Assembly: GCA_038496445.1 (NCBI GenBank)
Contig: JALMLS010000455.1
Span: 496,001-560,000 of the forward strand
Length of the DNA: 64,000 nt
Reading direction: 5' to 3'
Source of the DNA: Trichosphaerium sp. ATCC 40318
Taxonomy: Eukaryota > Protista > Tubulinea
In this document: positions 14,526 to 26,787 of the stretch, one piece after another
Layout: the number at the start of each line of letters is the position of its first letter
How positions within the stretch are numbered: position 1 is the stretch's first letter
Translations under genes and position numbers: made by a program
The notes under the pieces: generated by a model
Databases searched by the model: none
What the model saw: only the letters and a program-made list of their open reading frames with translations
Told to the model about the DNA's origin: nothing

Positions 14526-15995
14526 ATGGTGCGTAGTTTTAATTGTATGTACAGCCGTATTGATATATTGTTTTTGTAGAGTGTTATAATAACAAACCTT
14601 TCTACAACAACAACAAAACAGCAAGTTGAAGATTTCTTTAACTTTTGCGGTAAAATCGCATCCCTCACAGTGTACGCACAGTCGGTTACAAAAAAAAAAA
14701 ATACTTTCGTTAGTTTTTGCGAATTGTCGCTCCGGCGCGTTTTATTAACACAGTGGTTAGCACTCGCGTAGACGACAACAATGCACAAGCAATTGTAACT
14801 TTTGAAGCAGAAACAGCTTGTAAAACCGCTGTACTGCTAGACAACGCTCTAATCAACGATCGCCCAATCAAAGTTGAAAATTATGATCCAGCACAAACAA
14901 AATCTCCTGCACCTGTTCCTCAAGCTACACAAGCGCCTGTTCAGCAACAACCAGCGACTCTAGTAGATTCTACCAATGCTTTAGAAACTGTACCAGCTGT
15001 AGATCCTCTAGGTCCAGCTCCTCCAGCTGAGGTACAGTATGACGCTTACTCGCGTAAACATTTTCACTTTTTCTCACCTGAAAACTTTTCCACAGCGTTT
15101 TTTCAATCCTTTACTAACAGTCTTATAGAACCCAACACCAATAGCAAACTTTTTTGCTAGCACATGGCATGCCTTTTCGATTGTTGGAGAAAAAATCGCT
15201 GAAGTTGACAAGCAATACAAAATTAGTGAAAGCGCAAGAAGTACAGCTGATAAGGTTTCCACTTCATTTAAAAACTTTGATGAGACGCATCAAATAAGTA
15301 CAAAGGCCGCAGTACGTTGTTTTGACATATTACTACAACTGAATGCTAACTCTAACACCCACAGGGCGTTGTTTCTCAGATTGGTGTTCATCTGACTAAT
15401 CTTGATCAGAAATATGAAGTTTCAACAAAAATGGCTGGTGTAGGTGACGCTGTCAATAAAGGAATGTATACCGCTACTTCAGGCATTAACTCCGGTATAT
15501 CAAATGTTTCTACGAAGGTTAACACTGTACGTTCCTCATACCATCAAATATCCACAAAAACAAAAAAAACACAATTTGCTTCTTTTTTGAAACAAATTTT
15601 CTGATGTGCTATTTTAGAGCGTTGAAAACAGCCCAACGATGGTAGCTGGTGTACAAAAAGTAAAGGAGGCTGGTGCAAATTTACAGAACGTTGGCTCCAA
15701 TGCAAAGAATATCTACGCTGAAAAACAGCAGCAAAGAATGCAAGACAAAGGAGTTGTACCAGGTGACACCCTTGCACCTACCGTAGCTGGTGGCCCTGAC
15801 GGTGCCGCACCAATTGCTACTGCACCACAATCATCCGTGCCTGCTGTAGCGCCAGTTGTCCAAGCACCTCCTGCTGAATCATCTAGCGAAGCAGCATTAG
15901 CCCAAGCTCCAACTGACCTGATACAACCTGTTGTAGTTGAAGCCAAACTCGAAACCTCTCCTCGACCACCTTCCGGTCCTGTTGACACTGCTTAA
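14526..15995 (+). CDS. N-terminal RRM protein, Vip1/BPA1-like
   Basis: ATG then intron, then SVIITNLSTTTTKQQVEDFFNFCGKIASL..AIVTFEAETACKTAVLLDNALINDRPIKV, followed by EVDKQYKISE / FDETHQISTK / LDQKYEVSTK repeats and a Pro/Ala-rich tail. Confidence 0.8.
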
Positions 15996-16290
15996 ATAAC
16001 GCAACACATTGAATGTCAACTCCTCAACAAAGTGGCATCAAGTAGAAAGAAAGACAAAAACAGAACGAAAAAAATAACACAACAAAAAAGAATTGGTTTC
16101 AACAAAAAGCTGTACATAGAAATTTTATTTCACAACCAACCTGATCGTCTTTTGTTCCTTTTTTTTTTTGTTCGTTTTAACGAACTACAACAACTGTCAA
16201 ATCAAATGGCTAACGCAAGTTATACAAGTATCTTTAAAGCACCACAAGGTACAAATGGAGAGTACTACAAATAGATAGGGGTTTTTTTGT

Positions 16291-16922
16291 CTATTCCTTC
16301 TTGGCCTCTTCGAACTCTTCGTCATTCTCGTACAAGGCATCTTGCTCCTGGGGTGTTACTGGTTCAGGTTCTTGTTTAATCCCTGAAGCTTCTTCAGCAG
16401 CTAGGATTTCGCGTAGCCTCTGTTGTTTTACAATGTCCTTCCCATACAATACAGTACTAGTTGAGTAAGGTACCTTACGATTGATTGGGTGTTATTGCGT
16501 AGTAACGTACGGTAGGTCAATGCTAGGATCGATTTTATTGTAGTCTATCAGTGGTACGGCTGGTGGCACATTGACTTTAGGCGTTTTGTATGATACGTAT
16601 GGTTTGAGCTATATACAGTATTAATCACGCGTTTGTATTAATTTCAGGAGCGTAGTAAATTCTTTTACCTCAAAATCAGTCAAATCAGGATATATTACGT
16701 TTGGGAATCTAGCAGGATCGATTCTGTAGCGACCTTTTGCGTTTAGCGCATAATTGATCAATTAACTGTTTAATTACCTTTGCTTGTATGTCTACCCATT
16801 GCTACTGAGCCTCTACCTTTGTACCAGCCTTTTGGCATGCGTTTTGGTGACCATTTCCCACGCATAAATCTATGGCCAAGATGCTTTTTACGCAAGTCTC
16901 CTTTACAAACTTGTCTAATCAT
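16291..16922 (-). CDS. MRPL41: Mitochondrial ribosomal protein mL41 (L27 family)
   Basis: SPKRMPKGWYKGRGSVAMGRHTSK|GRYRID..IYPDLTDFE|LKPYVS matches the mL41 signature. Confidence 0.85.
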
Positions 16923-17112
16923 TTTGCCCTTTTTACTTGGTCGATGTAGTGCAAAATTCGGAGTGAAGCCAACGTAGGTGTTGTAGTTATCGTAGTTTGG
17001 GTTTACGCTCTAGAATTGGCTTCCTTTGACCACTCTGTGAAAATCCAGCGCAAAATTTTTAAACGCGATTGTTGTACCTAGCCACTGTAATTACGGTTTG
17101 TGTATAGTGGCA

Positions 17113-18427
17113 ATGTTGCTTCGAGCATCACGAGCGTCTTTAGCGACCAAACAGCACACTGTATCTAAAAAACAATGCTGTCCACGCAAGAATAATAGAC
17201 ACTATCGTACGCAGGTGTCATTTTTCCAATTTAATGTAATTATTAGTTCGATTTGCTCCAGGCATTATGCCAACACACGCAGACAGTACGTTAGATTATT
17301 TAGATGTGTTCCTGATGACTTTACAGTGGTTAACGAGTTCAAGAAGGAATTTGCTCACCTCATGACTGAGGAGGTCTACAAGTACCCGCAACGCGTTATA
17401 AATACGTATTCTAAGCGTACTACATAGTGCAATGCTACAAACAGACCCAGCACTGTTTCATTTAGACAATAACAAAAAAAACCTTGAGTACCTCTTCAGA
17501 AGTGGCCGTACGTCATTACAACGCTTTTGAAGTCGCTTAATACATCAAAGATGAACAGTTTGTATACCTCAAATACCATACATACATTTTGACAGCTTCT
17601 CAGCTCTTTCGTGTACGCTTGTGCTACTACACAGACTTGTGGCTATCTTGTACGGCTTATTAGATGTTTAGAATATCAAAGAAGGGTCTACAGTGCTAGA
17701 TATTGGATGTAGTACAGGGTACATGTCAACAGTTCTTGCTCATTTGGTACGTATTTTAATCCATTTTTTTCTGAAAAAAACTCCGAAACAAGGTTAAGTC
17801 GACGCTTAGTAGACTCTCGTTGTCTTGTATGTACCCACCAATTCACGTGGAAGAAGTGGTGTCGGTTAAATCTAATGTTAGTGGTTGTAGGTTGGACGGC
17901 AAGGAAAAGTTATTGGTGTAGATGTTGATGCTTTTAACATTGAGGATGCTAATGAGGTTGTAAATAAGTACTACCCAAATTTAGCTCCTAGAATAGAATT
18001 TATAAATGCAAATGGACATCGCGGTTTGGTAGAAAAATCACCATACGATGGCACGCACAAATACCAACTTCGAAAAGTCAACTTAAACATTTGTTTTTCT
18101 TCTAATTTTTTTTTCTCAGCAATTCGTGTATCTAGTGCGATAAAGGATATATCTAATTGGTGGGTTCAGCAACTAAGAGAAGGTGGTATATTAACAGTGC
18201 CATTGATACAAGATAACAGTGATATACAATTGACAAGATGCGAAAAAGTGGGTTTAAAACTTAACAGAGTATGTCATTGTTTTTGAACTTTTTTCTCTTC
18301 TCTTTGAAGCACGTGCTTCTTTCCTCATACTTTTTGTACCTCACACATTCTTGAATAGTTGCCAATGCAAAAGGTTAACTTTGTACCTTTACTACAAATG
18401 GAACGAGACTTCAAACAACCCATGTAA
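17113..18427 (+). CDS. Protein-L-isoaspartate O-methyltransferase-like, with a basic N-terminal presequence
   Basis: IKEGSTVLDIGCSTGYMSTVLAHL|VGRQGKVIGVD..SPYD|AIRVSSA..QQLREGGILTVP..VNFVPL. Confidence 0.8.
18051..18119 (+). other. GC-AG intron in the PIMT-like gene
   Basis: GATG|gcacgc...ttctcag|CAATT restores the conserved PYDAI motif; no suitable GT donor seen. Confidence 0.8.
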
Positions 18428-18855
18428 TCATAGACAAACCAGTAAATAAATTAAATTGATACAAAAAAAAGTCGTACAGAGGTTAGAACTTATCTGAGAA
18501 GTAATTTCAAATAGCCGCCATTTGACATCTTTTACTCTTCAGGGTAACAGTTTTAAAACTTGTGTCAAGGTTGTCAAGGTTCTGTCTTGTATGTGTATGC
18601 GTTATCAGAAAGACAGTTGCGCCAAGAATATTAGAAACAAAGGAGATTTAAATAGAGTCACCCTGAACAACTCAACTCAACTGCTCAATTCCCAGAGATT
18701 GTGAAAGTGGTAGTCACTACAAACATATCTTACAGAGCTTTGTTGGTGGCAAAGTTGGACAAGTACTATCGGTTATGCTCGACGTTTGGTAGACGCTCAG
18801 TTGAGCCATGCTTAAAGAATCTGGTTACAACAAGCTTAACGTTGCTCGTTCGTTA

Positions 18856-19952
18856 GCATGTCCGAACCTCAAAAGAAGAAGAAGAAGTTGAATCCAAACA
18901 CGGAACTACGGCTGCACAAACAAAAACATCTGTACTGTTTAAATGTGGCGAATTTAGCTTTACCCTATCAGAGGACGTTCTAAACGCGTATTCATCATCT
19001 CTTTTTGCTTCTAAAGTGCATTTTGAATCACTACGAGATAATTCATCAACAACAACGATTTTAGAGGAATGTAGGTACGCATTGACAACAACTACTTGAT
19101 TATTAATAGTACTGTTAACAACAAAGACACTCGCTGACATTTATTAAAATAGCCATTCTAAGTATCTCCCGAAAATCTTGAGTTTGATGAAAAAAGAACA
19201 AATGGAAACACTTGAAGATCCTTCAGGTTTATGGTTTGCAGAAGAATACTATGGTGTACCTATTGTTTGGAGAGATATAAATATGCCTTATCGCACATTG
19301 TCTAGTATCACAGGTCTAGCTTATTGACGACTTGTGTAGCAGCCAAGTTGCCAATACTAGTAGTCACAGACATGCTACGAGAAGTACGGAAGCTGTGGGA
19401 AAATATACAAAGCGAACTTCAATATTGGGTAGGTTGTATTTGCAAAACGTGACAAATAACCTATCTTAATATTGTGTTTATATTAGGCAAGATGTGGTGA
19501 AAACAATCAAATTATAAGTGCAGCAAGAGGCTCACACGATTTTCTAACTACAGAGTTGGGCAGAACTGCATTAGCAAAGTACCTTAAACAGTATGATTTG
19601 GTATGTAACTCGAGAGTTTTTTGTATTGTGTTTTTTTTTTGAGCCACAAATTTTGTTTCTTTTTTTTGTCAATTGTACTTTGCGTCACTAACTCTCCTTC
19701 ACCAAGCATGTTAAGTATCGCAAAAATGAGTTTGGGAAAGACGTAGTGGCGTTGTTATGGAGAGGTGATGAAGTAGGACCTGATGTTGTTAAAGCGAGAG
19801 CCTTTGATGCACTTTCGGGAAAAAAATGGGAATATTCAAACTTGAGTATGTTCTACATTTTCATTCTAATGTTCTTTTCTGATGTAGCTCCTTTTAGCGG
19901 AAGAGTTATGGGCTAAATCACAAGAAAAAAGATGGAAACATCAAAACTATAA
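18856..19952 (+). CDS. BTB/POZ (T1/KCTD-like) domain protein, multi-exon; start not resolved
   Basis: VLFKCGEFSFTLSEDVLNAYSSSLFASK..|YLPKILSLMK..LWFAEEYYGVP resembles a T1-type BTB. Several GT-AG introns follow. Confidence 0.5.
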
Positions 19953-20131
19953 AATAATGTGGTCATCTTCGCTTCTTCCATGTTGAAACCATTGGTATGT
20001 GGTAGATAGATAAAAAAGTTAAGAAAAATTGTCAAAAACAATGGGAGGTAAGCTTACCTTGTTTACTATTTTTTGTCTAATATCATTATCTAATATATTT
20101 AATTTCTTTACTTGTGTTCTCTATAGCAGTC

Positions 20132-21196
20132 TTAAAAACTAACACTGTCTATAAAATTACAAATCTCCACATCTTTCAGTGAATTGATAGCTACATCTGT
20201 GATTTTGGTACAAGAACGTAGACACAGTAGTTTGACTCCACCAAGTGGAACAAGCCAATCATCGGTAGCGTTTGTCACTGATAGATCTATGGTATGTGTA
20301 TATGCAAGATCTTTCATACATGATCCTGTGATACCCGTGCAATGGGAGAGCGAAATCTTTTGTACACCAACCAAAGCCGAAACACCTTTGTCAGTGATGT
20401 GCTTACACCCACACAAACTGATGGCATACACACCAGCTAAAGCTGAAATACCCTCATCAGTGACATCCAAATCAGATAAATCAATGGTGTGTACACCAGC
20501 CAATGCCTTCAAACCTTCATCTGTTATGTTTGTCCTTTCTAGGTCAATTGTATGTACACCAGCCAATGCTTTCAAACCTTCATCTGTTATACTTGTCCAT
20601 GATAGATAAATTGCATATACACCAGCTAAAGCTGCAATACCTTCGTCTGAAACAGCGCAGTTGTACATCGTTATAGTATGTACACCAGCCAACGCTTTAA
20701 TACCCTCATTTGTTATGTTTGTCTTTGATAAGCCAATTCTATGTACCCCAGCTAACGCCTTTAGACCCTCGTCTGTAATACTATTACAGTCCATTAACTC
20801 AATGGTATGTACACCTGCCAATGCCTTCAAACCTTCATCTGTTACATGCGTCTCAGAAAGATCGATTGTGTGTACTCCAGCCAATGCTTTAAGACCTCTA
20901 TCTAATGACTCAATACTGAGCATGACATAAATTTTTGTATTCTTAAGTAAAGGGCTTCCGGAAAGCATCAACATTTCATTTAAGGTTCCAACACGGATAA
21001 CACCATATCCAACGTGATTGTGGACAATATCTCGAACGAAGCGGCATGTTTGCGCTGAACGAAGAGTAAACGTCCCTTGCTTCATAATATGGACGATAAT
21101 CTCTACTGGCAGTGCTAGCAAGTCAGATAAGCGCTGATTTGAACCATTTTTCTCGTCGTAAGTCGTGGCAACACGACTATTTGCGTTATTGCTCAT
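20132..21196 (-). CDS. F-box plus leucine-rich-repeat protein, intronless
   Basis: F-box-like LLALPVEIIVHIM..AQTCRFVRDIV, then about 11 repeats of 21-22 aa (AGVHTIDLSxTxITDEGLKAL). First ATG at 21196. Confidence 0.85.
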   Translation of the reverse strand: MSNNANSRVATTYDEKNGSNQRLSDLLALPVEIIVHIMKQGTFTLRSAQTCRFVRDIVHNHVGYGVIRVGTLNEMLMLSGSPLLKNTKIYVMLSIESLDRGLKALAGVHTIDLSETHVTDEGLKALAGVHTIELMDCNSITDEGLKALAGVHRIGLSKTNITNEGIKALAGVHTITMYNCAVSDEGIAALAGVYAIYLSWTSITDEGLKALAGVHTIDLERTNITDEGLKALAGVHTIDLSDLDVTDEGISALAGVYAISLCGCKHITDKGVSALVGVQKISLSHCTGITGSCMKDLAYTHTIDLSVTNATDDWLVPLGGVKLLCLRSCTKITDVAINSLKDVEICNFIDSVSF

Positions 21197-22403
21197 AGAC
21201 GATTTTGTTTCTGACACGTGTTTTTGAAAGGTAGCGACTGATTTAGTGAACTGCCGAGATACTAAGTCTTATTATCCCATTCCTAAGACTTAACTTTATG
21301 CGCCTTCCAAAGATCCATAACGAAAGCCACATCTATTTTATTGCCCCAGCACTAATCTTGTAGACATTTTAGAGTCTTACAATGACTACGTTGTGTAGAT
21401 AAGAACCTGCTATTGTTGATTGCATTGTGTGATAATGTAAACAGAAAAAAGAAACATTCAATAATGAAAAGAAAAGTGGCGTTGCTTCTAATGTTCCATG
21501 ACACAAACCGGTTACACGTGACAATGAGACCTATACACTAGTTTCAATACTTGATAGATATGGAGATAGCGTTAACATTGACACGAAGCCGAAGTCTTTG
21601 CCTTCAGCAAAATCCTCTTTTTTTTTCCATTTTTGTTAACGTTGCATTTGGGTGTAAACCGTTTACACACCCAAGAGTCGTTTGCAAGCGAAACCGCCTG
21701 GTTAACATCTCTACTGATATGTAATAGAACCTAGTTTTAAGCGTAGAGGGCAAATTGTACCTGAATCAACAACACGGGCAGATAGATTGAATGGAGACTT
21801 ATAATTTTCTAGAGATATTCGTCGCATTGTGTTTAGCGGTTGTTTTCTAAACTAATGATTTCCAGTTTATCGTGTCAGTTGTAAAGCTAAAGCATTACCC
21901 ACGGTGGAAAGTTCTGCTCAAATTGTTTGATTAACTTCAAACTCACTGGAAAGGGTTTTGTGAAAATACTAAACACACTTGGTAATCACCAATTTATTTT
22001 TAACAGTGTACACGAAATGTCATGTTTGAGGGCCCCTAAGCACATTGCTATGTTAACGTAGATCGTCAAGCGAGGTATTAACAGCTGTTTTGGGTTGGCA
22101 GAAAACGAAGGCAGCCAAAGGATGACATTAAGAGGTAGAAAAGACAAAGTAGCAAGTCGCATTCACAAGCTTACTCTTTCAAGGTTTTATTGTTCTTTTT
22201 CTCAATTTGTTGTAGCGTAAATAATGAACTGTTCATAGGAACCAACCAACATGCATACAAGTACACAACTTGAACTTCTCCTAAATTCGTGCTACTCGTT
22301 TAAATGATTTCAGTGAATTCTATTTATTAATGTTGTACCGGACTTGGTTGAAACAGCTTGGATTCAATTACGGCGTTCAGGCACACTCCATCTGATACCA
22401 TTG

Positions 22404-23188
22404 ATGTCAAACAACTTCAAAATAGCAGTTATTGGAGAACCCGGGGTAGGAAAATCAACCCTAGTGATCCGGTTTATATCTGATCACTTTGTTGAGGTCT
22501 ACGACCCGACCCTTGAAGATTCGTACGCGTTTTAGCCAGTTTTAAGCTATTTTGAGGCCTGTTAACTGTTTTCGACAACACAAAGACCCACACTCCTTTT
22601 AGATACCGCAAAGTAGATAAAGTAGATGATTATGCAGTAGCGATGGATATCTACGATACAGCAGGTAGAGGAGAGCCTTCTGAAATGCTTGATCGTGTAA
22701 GTATTATTCGAAACTGTCTTGTTTTTTTTTAGTTGAGTAGGCAGTTTTAATTTGTTGTTTTAGCACGTTCGTTTGTATGGGAAAGGGTTTCTTATTATAT
22801 ATTCCGCTACAGATCGCACATCCTTTGAAGAAGTACCAAAGTATTGCAAGGCTATTACTACGTACGTGTGAAGAGCAAGATGACAAACAAAAAAACACGT
22901 GCTTCTGCTATACAAATTCCAAGAGTCAATCTTATTGTTGTTGATAGGATTAAGGGCCCAGAGTTGTTCTATGGTGTATTAGTTGGTAATAAAGTTGACC
23001 TAAAGGAAGAGAGACAAGTAGAAACATCTGAAGGACAAGAGCTTGCAGAACATTATGGCATACCTTTTTTTGAGACATCAGCTAAAACAAGGACAAATGT
23101 TGACGAAGCTTTTCATCAAATTGTTAAAGAGATGTCAAAACATTTAGAACGACCTAGTAAAACAAAAAGGCGGTGTGCTATAATGTAG
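22404..23188 (+). CDS. Ras-subfamily small GTPase with CAAX box (CAIM), divergent
   Basis: GEPGVGKS, YDPTLEDS|Y, DTAG, GNKVDL, ETSAK, terminal CAIM; three introns. Confidence 0.93.
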
Positions 23189-23690
23189 AGAAGAGATGAA
23201 CATCATGGATTTAAAACAAAGCTACCTTCTGTACAAACACTTGTTTTTGTATCACGTTCTTTAGTTGTATGTAACGTAACTTCCGCATGTAATTTTGTTG
23301 TACCTTCGTTCATGTGGATCTTATCAGTAATAATATTGTTTCAATTGTAATCAGAGCAGCTGCTTGTTTAGTGTAATATAACATAGTATTAATGCAGACA
23401 GTTTGCACAGCCATCTGTCAAGAATCCCGTTTTAATAACAGCCAGGTTTTGACCTCATTTTGTACCTTTTTACATTGTTGTAAGATCTTCATAAATACAA
23501 CCACGTTTCTGGAAAATTTTAGGAAAGAAAACCTGTCAGACTCAGCTTCAAGCTGCCGATCACGTAGTAGGACCGCCCTTCCCAAGCCTTATAACAAAGA
23601 AAGCTCTTCATCAATACAGTGCTGACTAGTATCAACATAGACAATGTAGAGCTTTATGAATGTCAACTATTTATTAAGTACTACAAGGGG

Positions 23691-24034
23691 CTATGCGTGT
23701 TCAGAGCCTGATGGAGCTAATAAACCTGTTGCTGTTGTTACAACGTCAATTATTTTACCCTGGTAAAACGTTACAGTATCTGTTTGTTCTCCGCATCTAA
23801 TAGACTTCTTACACGTCACTATCAGTTTTTTATCATCTTTTTCTCCTTCCCAAGTCCATTTGAAGTAATATATCGGTTTACATGTTCTAAGATTAAATTC
23901 ATTGGTGTTTGTGTTCCATTGCCACTTTCCGTCCTTGTTGGTGCTTATTGAAGGTCCTTGAAAAGGTATTCTCCAATAGGGCATGTTACAGAACCCTCTT
24001 ATATGTGATGAAGCTGCCATAGTTGTTGAGATCA
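23691..24034 (-). CDS. Hypothetical protein
   Basis: Open frame of about 110 aa with plausible composition; no recognisable domain. Confidence 0.4.
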
Positions 24035-25268
24035 TGTTAAATAGCAATTAATGATCTGCGAAGACCAAAAACTTGTTTGTCGGTTCAAAATTAACAGAAC
24101 GTTTTTTTTTTTTGACTGTGAATTATGCATTAAAAAAACGCTTGGAAGCGAAAATCAACAGTTTTGTTGAACTATTTTATGTATAAAATGTGATGTAGAT
24201 GCGGATCAGAAACTATTTCTGGTTTTTTTTCAGATAAAAATCCACGTCTCAGATTCAGCTAACCCTACCTAAACGACCTTGCAATACTCACACAAGAAGA
24301 AGAGTCGGTCAACAATGTTGTTTCACTACATAAACAGTCGTTGAACGATCACATACTTGCCTCTATCCAACAATCGTGTCTAACATCCTTCTAAACGTTT
24401 TCTACAGCTTGAGGAAGCTTACTCAAGTTATGCTTTCGGTCTTACAGGGTGGAGAATTACAGGTGGTAATGGTACGTTGTAGTTTGTACTTTGGAAACTA
24501 GGCTAGCAACAGTTTGGTCTTTCAGGATTTACAGGCTCTACTTTACATGCAAGCAAAAAAAGAGGGTACATGCAGGTCCATAGAAGCTATATATCTTATC
24601 ATTTTGCGCAAGTTTCGAACCAGAACAGTACTTTTTTGGTTCTCACACTACAAATAAAGACTTGTATATTACAATGGTAAATCATTCGATATGGATATAT
24701 TAGACAAACCAAAACAGTAAAGTGAGGAAAACATCCGGTCGGAACACACTGACAGTAAACTAGAAGGAGTTCAAGCAACCGTGGTACTTTATCTGCCGCG
24801 CATTGTTATACCAATATCGTTTAAACGCAATATACATTCACGTGCTCTTCTGTGAACAAAACCTTAATTTTTGGCTTGGTAGTGTTTGAAAAAACCAAGA
24901 TCAAAGATACCTGTTGATAAGTATCTGCATACATGCAATTCCCTTTATTTAAGAAAACAAGTCTTAATCTAACGAAACCACTAACTAACATGCAGCAACA
25001 GCTCTCATTGTACAAACATGATCAATTTCTTATACACCTGCCTAAAAAAAGTAGTCACAAAGAAACATCCACTTAATATCCCCGCCTATGTATAGCCGTT
25101 GGATGAACAAGGGTATGAATACGACTATGTATATTTGTTATAGCGTTGTAGTAACTGGCGTTCTTTATTTCGTGTGATAGAACGAGTCAAAGTAGAAGAA
25201 ATCACAGTGAAATCAGGTTTTATTTTGGTCCTCTAAATTTAATAGGAAATCTACACGTGGGTATACCA

Positions 25269-26024
25269 TTACAGCTCAACTTGTTTGCCATTAACGTACT
25301 TACAGTGTAACAACAAGGGACCACTAACACACCATTGTTTGTGTTCCCCATTTCGTACGCCATTTGTATAGTATCCATGTTCATTTAATTTACCATTCTC
25401 ATGCCAAAGCTTGTATTCTCCTTCTTGCTTACCTTGTGCGTACATATACTCCTTGAACAGATTACCATTCCAATACCAACGTTTGTATTCACCGTGATAG
25501 ACACCGTTGGCGTAATTACAATGCATTGATAGTTGACCAATTTGAGACCATTCCTTGCATTCTCCATGTAACTTTCCATTGACATAATTTTTACTCTCAC
25601 TCAATTGGCCTGTGCTTTGCCACATCTTAAACTCTCCATTTAATTCGCCGTTAACATATTTAGAATGCTCTGCTAGTTGACCATTAGTATACCATACCTT
25701 ACTATCTCCTTCAAGCTTATCATCTACATAAGTACAAAGTTTACGAAGATGACCACCCCAAAACCAATGTTTGAGTTGACCATTTTTTTTACCATGTTTC
25801 CAAGAAATTTCATAATTTTTGCGCACCACATTGAAAGGGCACAGGTAATGGGTAAGCCATTTCCCATGTTTTTTAAGCTCGGAATCAAACCTTGTTGTTG
25901 TAGCGGCCTGTTTTGATAGCAATGGTAGTTTTACGAATACCTCGTGATCTAAGTCGATGATATCAAGCTGTATCTCTAATGGGAGGTCTAGTAGACTGTA
26001 GGTATCTGATTTTGTTGTATTCAT
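25269..26024 (-). CDS. F-box-like plus MORN-variant (YwqK-like) repeat protein, intronless
   Basis: SLLDLPLEIQLDII, then about 7 repeats of 24 aa (HGEYKxWYxNGQLxxxxxYVNGKL). Confidence 0.85.
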   Translation of the reverse strand: MNTTKSDTYSLLDLPLEIQLDIIDLDHEVFVKLPLLSKQAATTTRFDSELKKHGKWLTHYLCPFNVVRKNYEISWKHGKKNGQLKHWFWGGHLRKLCTYVDDKLEGDSKVWYTNGQLAEHSKYVNGELNGEFKMWQSTGQLSESKNYVNGKLHGECKEWSQIGQLSMHCNYANGVYHGEYKRWYWNGNLFKEYMYAQGKQEGEYKLWHENGKLNEHGYYTNGVRNGEHKQWCVSGPLLLHCKYVNGKQVEL

Positions 26025-26787
26025 CTATTGTAGCGTTCGTAAGCGTTGGTGGGTATGAAACAATACGTTACCTGTTGTATTGATGAATAATGAATACGAA
26101 TCTTTAAAACAGTCAAGCAAGTTCACACATCTGCAGAAAGTTATTCTGAAAATAGTATGTTTTACCTCAGTGTCTGCTAATGACTGTAACCTAAAATGGT
26201 AAAAACCAGTTTTCTTTGCTGTCACAATGTTAGATTATATTGTCAATACAAGGATATGCGCTTTGGGAGGAAAGGCGCTCAGTCTTTGGTGGCTCTAGCG
26301 TAGCCGCACGAGTGGATTTATTCTACATTTAAGAACACTCGTGAAGAAAAAAGTGATATTTTGATTGCTACTCGCCATTGCTTGTCCTTCGATGTTTAGG
26401 ACCGTTGAGATATGATTGTTTGTTTATCAGGTGAAACCAAACAAACAACTTGCAGTACTTTTTGATAATGAGGAACGCTAAGAATCGCATGGCCTCAAAA
26501 ACATATTTTAAGTGAAATACTTATTGAAAGTTCATTTGATACGCTAGAAGCAACTTTGCGTGGACTTCGGATACTGGGTACCTCTACATACTTTTAATAG
26601 CCATTAGTACTAAATAATTTTAAACACGCAGTAAATAACCTTACACGTAAAGTAAGCCCAAAGAAGCCCTGAATACGCTATTCTCTTGGTACAGCAAACA
26701 TTTTGTGGTTAGCGAAACGCTGTTACTAAACTCACGTGATAGTTTCGAGGCGTTTTTTTAGCGTTGTCCACCAGCCAGATTGCAAAA

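Noticed and set aside
23200-24720. Possible small spliced genes at about 23200-23625 (minus) and 24300-24720 (plus)
   Set aside because: Splice-like signals exist, but I could not build a consistent model or recognise a domain.
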